Notes: generated by a model not told the origin, from the sequence alone. 64,000 nt of DNA from Octopus sinensis (GCF_006345805.1 NC_042998.1:96100001-96164000), one strand, 5' to 3'. Shown: positions 39,829 through 53,516, counted from the stretch's first letter. Numbers and translations: made by a program.

Positions 39829-41187
39829 TATATTTATACTTTGGTTTCAATTTCCATTTGAGTTCATATCGTTTATAGGGAGGGCATCTATCTCACACCA
39901 TCCCATTTATAAGTTTTCGAAAACATAGAACTTTGTTCCTTGTAAAATAAACTATTGCTTCAATGTATTACAATGTTGAAATGCATTATTGCTATAACTT
40001 AAAAAGTGGCAAAAAAATTACAAACAGACTAATAGAATATTTAACGTTACAGAAAGATTAGTTTTCCAAACAGCAAATAACAATGAATTTTTGGTTCATT
40101 TAAGAATAGTTCAATTAAAAAGTTATTTTATTGCACTCGACATTTATTTTCTAAACATTTGCTGACCTTTTGACACATGATTAAGTTTCAATGATAAATT
40201 TAGGTAACGACTCAAATATCGAATGTTCACAAAATACTATTTCAATTAGAGTAATTTCTTCATTCTTTTTTTAGCAGCCGTATTCTTTACTAATTTCAGA
40301 AAAATGAACCTCTTTAGTAATGTTAGATATTACCTTTTAGAGACGCTGGTCTTTAAAATTAGAAGATATCAATGCTGACCACTGATTGCTAGAGTTAGAG
40401 ACAAATGATGGTAGCTGACATTTGAAGATTTAGATGGCATTTCAAAATAACATTTCTTTCTAGAAAACAAAACGAAAATATACATGTATTTGTTTCATTC
40501 TTCAATATTTGAAATATTTTTCATTTTTGTGAAAATCATTTTCAAAATATCAAATTCGGAAATTTAGCTAAAATACTTTTAATGTTTTAGAAATTTCAGT
40601 GTAAAAACAAATCATCACAAAAGTGACTATATTATAAATGAAAAAAGAGAGGAAAAAATTCTTTAAAAGAAAAAAATTTCGTTGCACCGCAACTAAGTAA
40701 CAGTTGTATTTTAAATAAACATTGCTCCAAACTTATTGACAAATTTACTAATTTTGAACAAATTTGTATCTTTTACTTGTTTCAGACATTGGACTGCGGC
40801 CATGCTGGAGTACTGCCTTGAAGTGTTTAGATAAACAAATCAATCTCAGTACTTATTGCTTAAGCCTGGTACTTATTTTATCGGTTTCATACGCCGAGCT
40901 GCTAAATTACGGGAACGTAAATAAATCAACGCCGGTTAACAAGTTGTGGTGGGTGGAAGACAAAGACTGACAGAAAAAGTCACACACATACACACACACA
41001 CGCACACACATATATTTAACGGGCTTCCACTCAGAGTCTATCTCCCAAATTCACTCAATGTTGCTCGGTATAGAAAACTTTAAGCAAAACATTTCTGATT
41101 CGTGCGAAAGTTTACCAGGCTAGAATTAAGATATACACTCGAAACAGCTTAAGATTAAAACACCGGTAGCTTAAGATTTATAATATA

Positions 41188-41739
41188 TTGGGTTGTCCGG
41201 AAAGTTCGTGCCGATTTTTAAAGGAAAGAAAAAAGTCAATAAATACTTGCCATTACATTTTTAATCAACCAAATATGAAACATTTTGTTGCACAATGCGT
41301 CTCCATCTTTCCTTTAACTTGAAAATACCCTCTTCCCAGAATTGAGGTGGTTTCATGGCAAGGTATCTTTTTACGTCATCCAAGGAATTGAAATTTTTAC
41401 AATTAAGACTATTCTGCAGAGACCTGAATAGGTGGAAATCCGAAGGAGCAATATCTGGTGAATATGGAGGGTAGGGTAACACATCCCAGCCGAGCTGCAG
41501 CAATTTTTGTCTGGTTCCCAAAGCATCAAGTACCGAAAATGAACTTTCTTATCTTCCATTTTAAAGGGTTACAGAATTATCACAGGTTAGGAAAATAAAC
41601 CTTCTTCCACGAAAAGATAGCTTAAACTGTGTTCTAAATGAAGGTGCAGTCAAATCCTATTTTATGCACTCAACCATGTTCTAAAATAAGTCGAAAGGTA
41701 GGCTACTATAAATCGGCACGAACTTTCCGGACAACCCAA
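41188..41739 (-). mobile_element. Internally deleted mariner (552 bp)
   Basis: Perfect 30-bp TIRs (41188-41217 / 41710-41739), TA duplication; N-terminus MEDKKVHFRYLMLWE joined to C-terminus GWDVLPYPPYSPDIAPSDFHLFRSLQN (mariner YSPDLAP(S)D motif). Confidence 0.95.
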
Positions 41740-42817
41740 TATATACAAACGTGGAACACTATTAGCTATAACGTATTGTCTCAGAGAAGCTTCTCAAAGG
41801 GACTCGTGTGTTAAAAACACGATACTTTGCCCAGAACGTCAGTGGATCGCCAGAAAAGGTGCTTCGATCTGATTTGATCCCTTCAGTGATGAATAACTCA
41901 GATGTTGAAATGCTTGCACCGAGGTGAATTACTCTATAAGACTAAACCGAAGAATTATTACATTTATTAATGCATATAAAATAATGCGACAGAATCGTTC
42001 GAGTACGAGACAAAATGTCTGGCGGTATTCCGGGTTGTTGCGTCCAAAAGGTCACTTTTGTTTTTCATCTTTTCAGAGTCGATTAAGTTGAAGTATCAGT
42101 CAAGTACTGTGTCAATGTAGTCGGCTAAAACCCTTCTCCTTTCTCCTCATATTTATGGTCTTGTGCCTGTGCTAGCAATGATTATGTACATGCTTCAGTG
42201 TGTGTATGTGTGTATACGTGGACGTAAATGTGAATGAATATACGCCTATGTGCATGCGCACGTGCATTTCTTGAAACGCTTACCTGTATTGTTAAACGAA
42301 ATTGGCTGATTCGAAATATATTATGTTGTCCCAATAAAAAAAGAAAACATACTTTCTAGTGATATATTTATATATATTCTAAATGTTTGATACGGAAGAC
42401 AGAGTTATCAGAACAATCGTTTCGGCATGAGCAACGATATAATGAAATCGAATGTACCCCACTGTGCAGAAGAAACACCATCAGGTGACATAATAGGCTT
42501 CTAAGTTATAAAGTTTATATTTCGCTCATAGATGCAGCTGGATGATGTTGTTAGTATTAGAGTGTTGGTAATAGTCGGTTCCCAAAACACATTGGTGGAG
42601 CAGAATAGCTGTGGTGTTTATTCAGAGCTTGAAATCAACGCCTTTTCTCACATATTTAACCTACGTCCACTGACTCAAAGGGGAGACACTTTTAGCAGTT
42701 TTGAACAAGACTATCACATAAGCACCACTTCAACAGCTGTTGAGACTGGAATTTTGGAAACACACCTAATAGAGCACTCATCCGGACGAAAACTCCTCAT
42801 ATCCTTTATACATACAT

Positions 42818-42904
<87 letters not shown>

Positions 42905-43011
42905 TTGATAGCTAGCTAGCTAGCTAGCTAGATAGATAGATAGATACAGGCGTGGTTGCAGTTTAATGACTGAAGCAAGTAAAATATATTGAGGAGAAGC
43001 ATTAGCTGGAA

Positions 43012-43235
43012 GTGTCAAAAAGCCTTCATTGAAGAGTATTATCACATATAAGCTCAAAAACGTCTTGGAATCAAAGGCATCCATTAAATAATGTAATTAA
43101 GAAATGTCATTAAGAATAAAGCATAGTACTGTTCTATGTTTAAAATAATTGATTTGACTTTTTAAGGAATTGATAACGATTTTATTTAAGGATTGATATG
43201 AGCGTTTTTCAAAGAGTTCTTTAAAAATATTTAAG
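43012..43235 (+). repeat. Old interspersed repeat, second copy at about 48080-48312
   Basis: Shared blocks AAAAGCCTTCA.TGAAGAGTAT, TATAAGCTCA and GATAACGATTTTATTTAAGGATTGATAT. Confidence 0.75.
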
Positions 43236-43258
43236 GTTGATAACACACACACTGTATG

Positions 43259-43297
<39 letters not shown>

Positions 43298-44265
43298 CTG
43301 TATGTATATGCATATATGTATGTATACATATATATATATGTGTGTGTGTGTATGTATGAATGTATGTATGTCTCTTCTATTTTTTAATTGTTATAAATCT
43401 TCCACTGATGAGGGGGCCGGTTTCCAACAAAGATACAAGACTCCATCTTTGCGATGTAGTTAACACAGACAAATTCAGATTTGGGACTTGAGTCCTCTCA
43501 ACCAAATGCGGAGCCAGAGTGTATTAGTGGTATATTATGATATATGTAGTTCAACCGTAAAATGAACCGATTTGACCTTCAATCATTTTGATCTGGAAAA
43601 AATTAAATATTTGAATTATAACCTGAAAAGTCTAAATATCTATGAATATTCAGTCAAAACAGATTAGTCTTCATTCATTTCTCTGAAAAGTAAAATTTAT
43701 TTTTTGCACGATATTGGAGACAACAAAAAAAATCATCATTAAGCTAGACTTTGGTTTATGCTGGGTCACATTATCCATCTTATATACGGTATTTGTAGAA
43801 TCTAAATAAAATCTTTGTTTTTCTGAACTAAAAATACTAGTTTTTTCCCCCCTCTAGAATATAATGTATTATTGTAAAGTGTTATGCTTTTGTAAGCCTA
43901 TAAAAGAAATGTCAGTGTAACCCGATAGTAGTGGTTAGGGGTGTCTTCGTTGCAAATGACCTTTGATCAGACGTTAGGCTTTTAATATGGTCCCAAAGTA
44001 GGTCAAACCTCGACGATAATAGAGAGAGAGAAGGAAAGTAAGAGATGCTAGAAAGATAGAGAGAGAGAGAAGAGAAAAGAGAAAGAGAAGAGAGAGAGCA
44101 AAAGAGGTAAATGTATAAAGACAGGCTGACAGGCTGACAGAGACAGACTGACAGACAGATAGATAGGGAGATAGCTATGTATACATAAAGTAGATAGACA
44201 GACACACTGACAAACAGACATACATACAGACAGACAGATACACATAGATAGACAGACAGACAGAC

Positions 44266-44336
<71 letters not shown>

Positions 44337-44401
44337 CGGCAAGTAGACAGAAGGGGGGAGAGAGAGAGAGAGCAATGGGGATAGATATATAAATAGCCAA
44401 G

Positions 44402-44441
<40 letters not shown>

Positions 44442-44442
44442 A

Positions 44443-44476
<34 letters not shown>

Positions 44477-45634
44477 CAAAGAAGATAGATATAAAGTGGT
44501 GGATAGCGGGGGAAGAGAGATAAAAGGATAAAAGAGGTGTAGATATGACAGGAAAGCCAACAAACATCTGTTAATCGTTCCTGCTTTCCAATTTGCATTT
44601 CGTGAAGGAATTTCCCGGATGTATATTGTCTTTTTTTTCCTTTAATCAAATCCCCGCATACAAATTTAGCTAAAACTTTTTAAAACCTTTAGAATAACTG
44701 AGATGGTCAACGTCAGTGGAACACCCAACAGGCCTAAAATAGGTCATAATACCCAGGAAATGAGATCAGATTTCACACTTTTCGAATCGTCTCCTCTTTA
44801 ACTGGAAAATGTTGCGCATTGTTAACAGATATTTCCTTCGTTTATAGAATGGAGAAATTTTGTGCGTGAGGATTTGTAACGGTTGCTCTCTGATATTTCG
44901 CTAAATTGCTTCTGTAACTTCCCAAAAGTCTTTAGAGGAGCTATGTATTTTTTTGAAAAGTAGTGTGGTCGTCAAAACGGAAATTATAGGAAGCGAAATC
45001 CGACACTGAACACATTTAACTGATTCTAACTATATACTTCCTGCTATTCGTGTAAAGTTATAAATATCGTTCTTCACGAAGCTTTCAGTTCTTTTCTTTC
45101 TGAATTGAAATTACAAATGTTTATCTACTGTAGCAATATATCTACGCACTCACACATGCACATGCCCATATGCCTAATCATACACACACATATATACACA
45201 CACGTATGCATATCTCTATTATAATGTTTCTAACATGGGCACAAGGTCCGTAAATTCGAAAGTAGTAGAGTTAGTTGGTTACGTTGACCTCAGCGGGGTT
45301 TGAAGTAAGATAATAATAAAAATAATAACGATGATGCTCTCTCCTGTCGAAGACGAAGTGTGAGTGTTCAACTTTTGAATAAATGATTTGTTTATAGTGA
45401 TGAAATGTTTGTGTTGCACATTAGCTCACAACCCCCATCAAATCCACGTTGCCCAAATGGTGCACGGTGTATCATACGGTAGGTGTCGAAGTGATCGCAG
45501 GGCAACGTGAGATGAAGTGTTTTGCTCAAGAACACAACGCACCACACAGTCTGGGAATTGCGCAATTATGAGTGCAACACACTAACTACTAGGCCATGTG
45601 CCTTTTAATAATGCACCCTTTGAATAGTAGTAGC

Positions 45635-45684
<50 letters not shown>

Positions 45685-45720
45685 CAGCAGCAGCAGCAGC
45701 AGCAGTAGTATTAGTAGTAT

Positions 45721-45788
<68 letters not shown>

Positions 45789-45811
45789 ATGATAATTTTT
45801 TCTGCTATAGG

Positions 45812-46008
45812 CACAAGGCCTGAAATTGTGGGGGAGAGGACAAGCCGATTACATCGACCCCAATGTTTCACTGGTACTTAATTTATCGAATCCGGAAGGA
45901 TGAAATGTAAAGTGGATCTCGGCAGAATTTAAACTCAGAACGTAAAGACGAACGAAATGCCGCTAAGCATTCCACCCGGCGTGCTAACGATTCTACCAGT
46001 TCAATGCC
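45812..46008 (-). mobile_element. Family A SINE
   Basis: Reverse complement of the same head and core. Confidence 0.85.
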
Positions 46009-46083
<75 letters not shown>

Positions 46084-46091
46084 GAAGAAGA

Positions 46092-46735
46092 AGAAGAAGA
46101 AGAAGAAGGTGATAAGTGCAGAATCTGTGGACAAAACGGTGAAACCGTATGGCATATTACCAGCCAATGTACGCCACTAGCCCGGAAAGTATATAAGAGA
46201 CGCCACGACGATATAGCAGGCTTGTCCATTAGACACTCTGCAACAAGTATGGACTTGACAGAGCAAAAAATTGGTACGACCACAAACCTGAAGGCATCGT
46301 CTAAAATGGAAATGCAAAGATCCTATAGGATTTTATGATTCAGTGCGACCATGAGATAGCCGGTCATAGTCTTAATTGAAAAAGGAAACAAACTATGCTG
46401 GATCATAGATTTAGCATGCTCAGCTGACAACAAGGTATGCGATATAGAAGAAAGAAAAGTTGAGAGATATGACAGGTTAGCTTGGGAAGTTAAGCAGTTG
46501 TGGTCGATGAAAATGGTAGCAGTAGTACCAATAATTGTCGGAGCCCTTGGAACAGTGAGACAAATAGGGGCTGCAATAAGGGTAGAGCACTAGCAGAAAA
46601 CAGTACTGCTTGGAACCGCTCGAATACTCCGGAAGGTGCTCGAAAAATAAGAGGTGTTACCTTAATTCACTGGTAGTGAATAGCTGACACTTTAATTCAT
46701 CTCCAGCGTTAGGAGCTGTGCAAAGGCGATTATAA
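46092..46735 (+). mobile_element. Dong/R4-like 3' fragment, same family as 60.2-62.0 kb
   Basis: KCRICGQNGETVWHITSQC knuckle through RILRKVLEK*; matches the reverse complement of about 60233-60850; TAA-type repeats on both sides. Confidence 0.9.
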
Positions 46736-46859
46736 TAGTAATAACAATAATAAAAAAAATCCCAGAATTAGGCGTGCTGGAAACAAGCACAGAAAAAGGC
46801 TAAGCGTATGAAAACCCATGCTAAAACTGCTGCCTTACATATTCTTACTGTTAAATATC

Positions 46860-47935
46860 AAGAAAAACTTCTCAATGTCAAATACCCAAAGAGAGCTAAT
46901 AATGCCGATGATGACAAAGCCCTTACCCATCAATAGTTAGTGTCTTCTGGCTTAAAGTCAGAGACAGAAGGGTTCATCATAGCAGCTCGAGATCAATACC
47001 TACCTATAAGAAGCTACCAGGCCAACATCTTAAAGAACAGCAGTAGCCCAACATGTCGTGTAACTAAACAACAAAATGAAATCATTGATCATGTTGTTTC
47101 CATGTGTAGTCTTCTTGCGCCTACAGAGTATCTCAACAGGCATGATAGAGCAGTACAGCATATTCACTGTGTAATTTGAAAAGACATGGACCTGTCCCAT
47201 GATAAAATCTGGTGGGAACATAAACCACCGCCAGTGCTTGAAAGTGACCTCATCACACTCCTTTGGAACTTCACCGTTCAAATTGACAGAAAGACAGATG
47301 CGAGTAGGCCAGAAGTTATATTGAAAGACTTCAGACAAGAATCATACCTCCTCATTGATATGACTGCTCCAATCGATATAAATGTACCTGTCAAGACCTA
47401 CTATCAAAAACTGAGCAAGTATAAAGATCTTGAAATAGAAATTGGCAAAATGTGGAACCTCAAGACTAAAACAATACTTGCTGTCATAGGTGCTCTAAGA
47501 AGTATATCAAAAGGGTCTAATTGTTACCTTGCTCAGATACCAGGAAATCAAAAATGTAAGAAATTTAAAAAATAGTGCTCATGGGAACTGCCCATAACCT
47601 ACGTAAAATATTGTCTATCTAATCCCCAAAATATTTTAGTCTGTAAACAGTGCCAAAATATTTTAATCCGTAAAAAGTGCCAAAATTCTGTTACATGTAC
47701 ATAACAGCAAATACCTTTTACTGTCATCTGTACATCAGACTATCATCTTATAATCAAATTACTTTTAAAACAAGCTTCTAATTTACTTATGTTTTGACAG
47801 ACATTCTCTAGAACATGCAGAACCAAATATATGGCACCCTAGTCATAATACCAACTTGAAATTATAACTTGTTGCCTCTTGAGGTCTCTCGGTGAAACTT
47901 GGAGACAACTTGCAGGAATACAAAGCAAAAGCCAA

Positions 47936-47937
<2 letters not shown>
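46860..47937 (+). mobile_element. Dong/R4-like 3' fragment (third family)
   Basis: LKSETEGFIIAARDQ..CR..EIIDHVVSMC..YLNRHD; WEHKP..LLWNF..RPEVIL..LIDMTAPIDIN..KLSKYKDLEIEI..VIGAL (RLE); (TAA)n from 47938. Confidence 0.88.
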
Positions 47938-48009
<72 letters not shown>

Positions 48010-48820
48010 GCTAAGAATTTTGGTACAAGGTCAATAATTTTGAAGAGAAGGGTGTATAAGCTGGGAGTGAAAAAAATCTATGTCGAAAAGCCTTCACTGA
48101 AGAGTATATGTCACGTATAAGCTCAGAATCACCTTGCTCTCAAAGATTAAATCCATTAAGTAACATCATTAAGAAAAATCATTAAGGCTAAAGCATATTA
48201 CTGTATTTCAATATGTCTGAAACAATTGATTTAACTTTGTAAAAGGACTGATAACGATTTTATTTAAGGATTGATATATGTGGTTTTTCAAAATGTTCTT
48301 TTGAAAGATTTAAGCCTGTTCTTGGCTGGAATCAGAAGTTAGTTACTTATCTTGTTGATAACCTCCTAACTTTCAACATTATGTATCACAAACTTCAAGA
48401 ATCTCAGAGGGAATTTTCTGTACCTCTAACATTCATTGAGGCTGTATATTTGTTAGAGGTAATTTTCACATTCTGTATTTTTCTCCCGAACAATTGGAAA
48501 CGCCCTATTCAAGACTCCTCATAAAGTTGATGTGAATAAACAAAATTATCTCAAAGAAATCCGATCATTTCGCCTACGTAAAATGTATTTTATTCCCAAA
48601 CAGATTTTAAAGTAACATCTAAAACAGTTTGGTAATCTACGGTTGTTCACATGCGTTGTATGTTTTGATTTACCAGTTGCAGATATTTTTAAATCATAGA
48701 ACGGACTGTTAAGCATGTAGAGAGCCTTTTTCATATCCGGCATTTGCAACTGAGGCGGTATTAACTTAAAATAGCCATCTAAATATCATACTATCGTATT
48801 TATTTTGAGATAAGATCTCT

Positions 48821-48987
48821 TATGGGCGTGTTATGTTAAAAACACAATAAATATCGGGGCGGGGGATTTGAAGATTCGTCCCAACAGCAGCCAGCAAGAA
48901 TGCCTGATGTATTTCAGCCTTGAATCCTCGCTGGCCGCTACTAGGCCGAATTTCGTATCCCACCGTTTTTAACATAGCAAGTCCATA
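48821..48987. mobile_element. MITE-like element
   Basis: 23-bp imperfect TIRs TATGGGCGTGTTATGTTAAAAAC / GTTTTTAACATAGCAAGTCCATA. Confidence 0.55.
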
Positions 48988-49503
48988 AATATTATCGCAT
49001 GACAAATACCTCAGTAACTAGCCTATCACCAGTGTTTATACATTAAGTATGGTGCACAGATAGCTGTTTTATTTTCATATATTTTTTGTTTTCTTGGAGT
49101 CAGGTTAATCAACGAATATATGTAGCATTTAATAGGTTCACACTTTAAACATTTCACATAAGGAAAGCATAACAATATCTGACAAAGTAGCATATAATTC
49201 CCATCTTCCTGTTTCCCCAGAAACAACTAGTTCTGTCTTCTACTTCACATTAATAATGGCCGTCAAATTGACGAGCTCTAGCTATTACCTTGTTACGAAA
49301 GAACATTTCTTTTTTAATATCCAACTCTCAATAATAAGTGATAATTTATATCACTTCGGATTTCCTCATCAGATCGTTATAACGCTTAGTAGTACAAAAT
49401 ATTTCTCCACAATTTCCTGCAATCTACTTTATTAATTAAGTCCCACTTTATTCCATGTTCTTTCTCTCTGTCTCTCTCTGTTTCCTTTCTCTCAATATCT
49501 ATC

Positions 49504-49578
<75 letters not shown>

Positions 49579-49689
49579 TTTTTTCCCTTCCCCTTTTTTT
49601 TCCCCTTTTTTCTTCTTTTTTCATTTCTCTTTTCTTTTGTTCCTTTTCCTTTTCTTTTTTTCTTTTTATTCTTTTTATTTTTATTTATT

Positions 49690-49844
49690 TATTTTTTTTG
49701 TTCTTTTCTTCCCTTTTACGATCCCTCTTGATCGAAAACCTACGCTACCCCCTTTTTTTGTTGTTTTTTTCATCCCCCAAAAGAAAAGCTCTACCTTGTA
49801 ACTTGTCCCATCTGTGTGCAGCCCTGTGTGGCCAATAAAGAAAC

Positions 49845-49846
<2 letters not shown>
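49690..49846 (+). mobile_element. LINE-like 3'UTR, same family as 12.3-12.6 kb, in (TATC)n
   Basis: TTTTACGATCC..GATCGAAAACCTAC..AAAAGAAAAGCTCTACCTTGTAA..CAGCCCTGTGTGGCCAATAAAGAAAC; (TATC)n arrays upstream and downstream. Confidence 0.55.
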
Positions 49847-49932
<86 letters not shown>

Positions 49933-49971
49933 GTATCTGTCTGTCTGTCTGTCTGTCTGTCAGTCTGTCTG

Positions 49972-50034
<63 letters not shown>

Positions 50035-50515
50035 GCCTGTCTGTCTGTGTGTCTGTTTGTCTATTTCTATATATATAGATGATTTGGTCGAATTGTTTTG
50101 TTTTCAAAGCTTAAAACTTATTCTATCGTTCTCTCTTGTCAAACTGATAAGTTACGAGGACGTAAACGCACCAACAGTGTCAAGCGGTGGTGACGAACAC
50201 ACACACACACGCACGCGCACACACACACACGCACGCACACACACATACACACGCATGCACGCACGCACGTACACTCACAAACACACACACGCACACTCAC
50301 ACACGTACACACATAAACGATCGGCTTCTTTCAGTTTCCTCTCACAAGGTTTTGGTCAACCCGAGGATATAGCGGAAGACACTTGGCCAAGGTTCCACGC
50401 AGTGGGACTGAACCCAGAACAACGTGGTTGGGAGGCAAGCTTCTTACCATACTGCTACGTCTGCAACTATATTATATATATAGATAGATACACATACACA
50501 CACACACATATAATA

Positions 50516-50568
<53 letters not shown>

Positions 50569-50774
50569 TGAAATAGAAAGATGAATAATCTTGTTGCAGA
50601 TTAATCAAAAGTTTAACCGATACCTTGGTAGCAAAAATCACAGCAGAAGACAGCACGGTTGGAGGTACAACCATATGGTGTTGCAAACCGTGCGTTGGTG
50701 CGGATAATTGAATTTTAATATTATTAGTGAATTGAAGAAATGGAGTTGAACGAAGATTGAACAGAAATCGTTTT

Positions 50775-50865
50775 ATTGCATTCTACACGTGTTTCGAAAG
50801 GCACAATTTACCAAATTCCGATTGAATAAGGAGACCATATTGTGTCTTTCTCTTCAGGAAGAAAT
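50775..50865 (-). ncRNA. Type I hammerhead ribozyme (family 2, inverted copy)
   Basis: Reverse complement of 52920-53010. Confidence 0.85.
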
Positions 50866-51051
50866 AGGAAATCCGTTGGAAAAAACAAAAACAGAACAGA
50901 GGCGGAGCAAAACAAATCGAACGAGGCTCCTAAGAGCCCATGGCCAAACTGTTTATCAATGTATGTTGAAAACTGGTGGTGGGTGCGTTGAAGGTTTTAA
51001 CCGGTCAGGCAGCGGTCATTCCGGTGGGTGGGAGCATGGGGTGCTTAGATG

Positions 51052-52334
51052 ATCCGGCTCTTCCGATGCCATCATTCGGTCATCAGGATAGGGCCGTCTA
51101 TAATAACATTAATAATTTAAGTAGTGACGGGAGCGCGGCGGGTGCTGGGGCAGTCGCTCCCGCATTTAATTTAGCGAACAAGGATAATTATCGGTCCGGG
51201 GGATCTCACACTAACCCAAAACCCGTTATTCATCCGAGAATCACCCACCCGAATGCGAGAGCTGGCGTCCCGACCCATCACATAAATTGGAACAAGCATA
51301 TATGGTTTGTAATTCCCTTTGGTAAGCAGATTAGAACTAACCTCCCCCTCATGTTTCGACAAGCCATCGCCAATAACTTCCCCAGAAATTCCAAATATTA
51401 CTCCACGGTTAATTCGCATAAAGTTAGGATAGCTTTCTCCAACACTCAAAACCTCGCCCAGATAGTCGCCTCCCATAATAATAGGCTGCTTACTAAGACC
51501 CTACCACCTCTTTCCGGAGGCACAGCTTCTTCCGCTCCCGGTTTAACGCCCAGTAGGAATAATAATAGTAGTAATAATGATATGAGAGCCAGTACAGTGA
51601 CTCATAATCTCAACTCCAACCAGGGATTATATACTAGGGGTATAAATAAGTTATAAATAAGGGTGATGTCATTGACGGTAGCGATGGCAGTAGTGAGGTG
51701 AGCGCATCTCGGCTCGCTAGGGTAGAGAGTCGCAATGGCAACTCCAGCATCGTTTCCGGCAATAGCAGCACCACGGGCACTAGCAATGACAGCACTCTGA
51801 GTGATAGTGTAGAATCAGGGGTTATTCCGTTAGTTAATAGTGACGTAGTGGTAAATAAAGTAGTAAACGGCTGCAGTTCTCGCAACAAATATAGTAACAG
51901 TAACGCAGTTCTAATTTCAGAAACTAATCCTAATAGAATAAGGTTCACGTCGGCGAACTCCAAGATCAGAAACGCCGTCTACCAATGTAAGGTTACACGG
52001 ACTCAGATGTCTTCTCTATGTCGGGGCCTCATCGTCAAGATTGTCCTCACGAATCTCCAACCATTACGCAACTTTTCGAGACGTGAATAAATGCCAGACC
52101 ACGGGACTTAGCAAGCTAATATGGCGATTGAAGAATACGAACTCAAGCTACAGCCTGGAATGGTCAATTTTGTCGGTGGCCCTCCCATTTGACAGGGGCA
52201 GAAGGAAGTGCAACCTTTGTGTCTCCGAACTCTTCCATATATTGTTCGCCAGAGACCGGATGGTAAACGGACTTTTACAGTCGGCTTTTCGATGCCCCCA
52301 CTGGCGGCGTTATACTTATCTTGCTTATAAGTAA
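51052..52334 (+). pseudogene. PLE post-RT linker plus GIY-YIG endonuclease, broken by two frameshifts
   Basis: HIWFVIPFGKQIRTNL...NNFP...KVRIAFSNTQNLAQIVASHNNRLL resembles the PLE linker (WFNPPF..TN..F...HFP..SYS..N...I..HN); AVYQCKVT (51974-97), then in +1 frame YVGASSSRLSSRISNHY...LSKLIWRLK...W...CNLCVSE...N...CPH. Frameshifts near 51653 and 52016. Confidence 0.88.
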
Positions 52335-52919
52335 CGCTTATAAATAATACCTGCGCCCGGTTACACTACTTATATGAAAATAGCCTTGGAAATAATTCTG
52401 AAAACTTTAAGAGAAATATGATTAACCATTGCAAGGGGAATTACTCCTGGGAGACGAATGATGGTTTGTCTTGACGACGTGGGGTTTCTTTGACAAGGCA
52501 GGTTGAGACGAACACACGCACACATAAAAAAATTTTTTTCTGCCACCCGACGGATTTTACAGCAGTGACCACTGTGTAGGGCTGTTTACCAACTGACGGC
52601 CACGTGATCAAACGCACATACGAACACATAGAACAGTACACACACACATGTTTCTAAGTAGATTTTGTCTCGCCCCATACAATACACCTAATATTCTTTA
52701 AATAGTCAGAACTTTAGTCTCGGTCACAAAGAACATCTAAGCACCCCATGCTCCCACCCACCGGAATGACCGCTGCCTGACCCGTTAAAACCTTCAACGC
52801 ACCCACCACCAGTTTTCAACATACATTGATAAACAGTTTGGCCATGGGCTCTTAGGAGCGTCGTTCGATTTGTTTTGCTCCGCCTCTGTTCTGTTTTTGT
52901 TTTTTCCAACGGATTTCCT

Positions 52920-53010
52920 ATTTCTTCCTGAAGAGAAAGACACAATATGGTCTCCTTATTCAATCGGAATTTGGTAAATTGTGCCTTTCGAAACACGTGT
53001 AGAATGCAAT
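52920..53010 (+). ncRNA. Type I hammerhead ribozyme (family 2)
   Basis: CTGAAGA 52928-34, stem II GAAAGACACAAT/ATTGTGCCTTTC, GAAA 52990-93, CACGTG, TA, GAATGCAAT. Core and stem II identical to 3381-3471; changes lie in loop II and distal stem I. Confidence 0.85.
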
Positions 53011-53061
53011 AAAACGATTTCTGTTCAATCTTCGTTCAACTCCATTTCTTCAATTCACTAA

Positions 53062-53125
<64 letters not shown>

Positions 53126-53141
53126 TATATATATATATATA

Positions 53142-53203
<62 letters not shown>

Positions 53204-53204
53204 A

Positions 53205-53264
<60 letters not shown>

Positions 53265-53480
53265 GTGTGTGTGTATGTGTATCTATCTATCTATCTCTCT
53301 ATATAATATATATATGTTGGCCTGCTCGCTTAGCCAGCGGGGTGGCGTCATTTGAAGGCTAAAACAATGCGAAGCGCATTGTGACCAGCGATGTGTAGCA
53401 ACATCTAACAGCCTGGTCGGTCACGTGATCACGTGATATATATATATATATATATTATATATATAATATATATATATATA

Positions 53481-53516
<36 letters not shown>

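Larger units (their letters stand above)
50568..53069 (+). mobile_element. PLE family 2: inverted pLTR, linker/GIY-YIG coding remnant and pLTR; no RT recognised
   Basis: 336-bp inverted arms (50716-51051 / 52734-53069), about 99% identical; hammerhead in each arm; PLE linker and endonuclease motifs between them; (TA)n on both sides. Confidence 0.92.

Noticed and set aside
49329-49381. Minus-strand CTGATGAGGAAATCCGAAGTGATA..TATCACTT hammerhead near-miss, with a similar 16-mer at 23080
   Set aside because: Lacks one A of GAAA, position 17 is U, and there is no extended similarity between the two sites.
51171-51963. Minus-strand ORFs inside the PLE
   Set aside because: Antisense to the linker/EN region, with no motifs.
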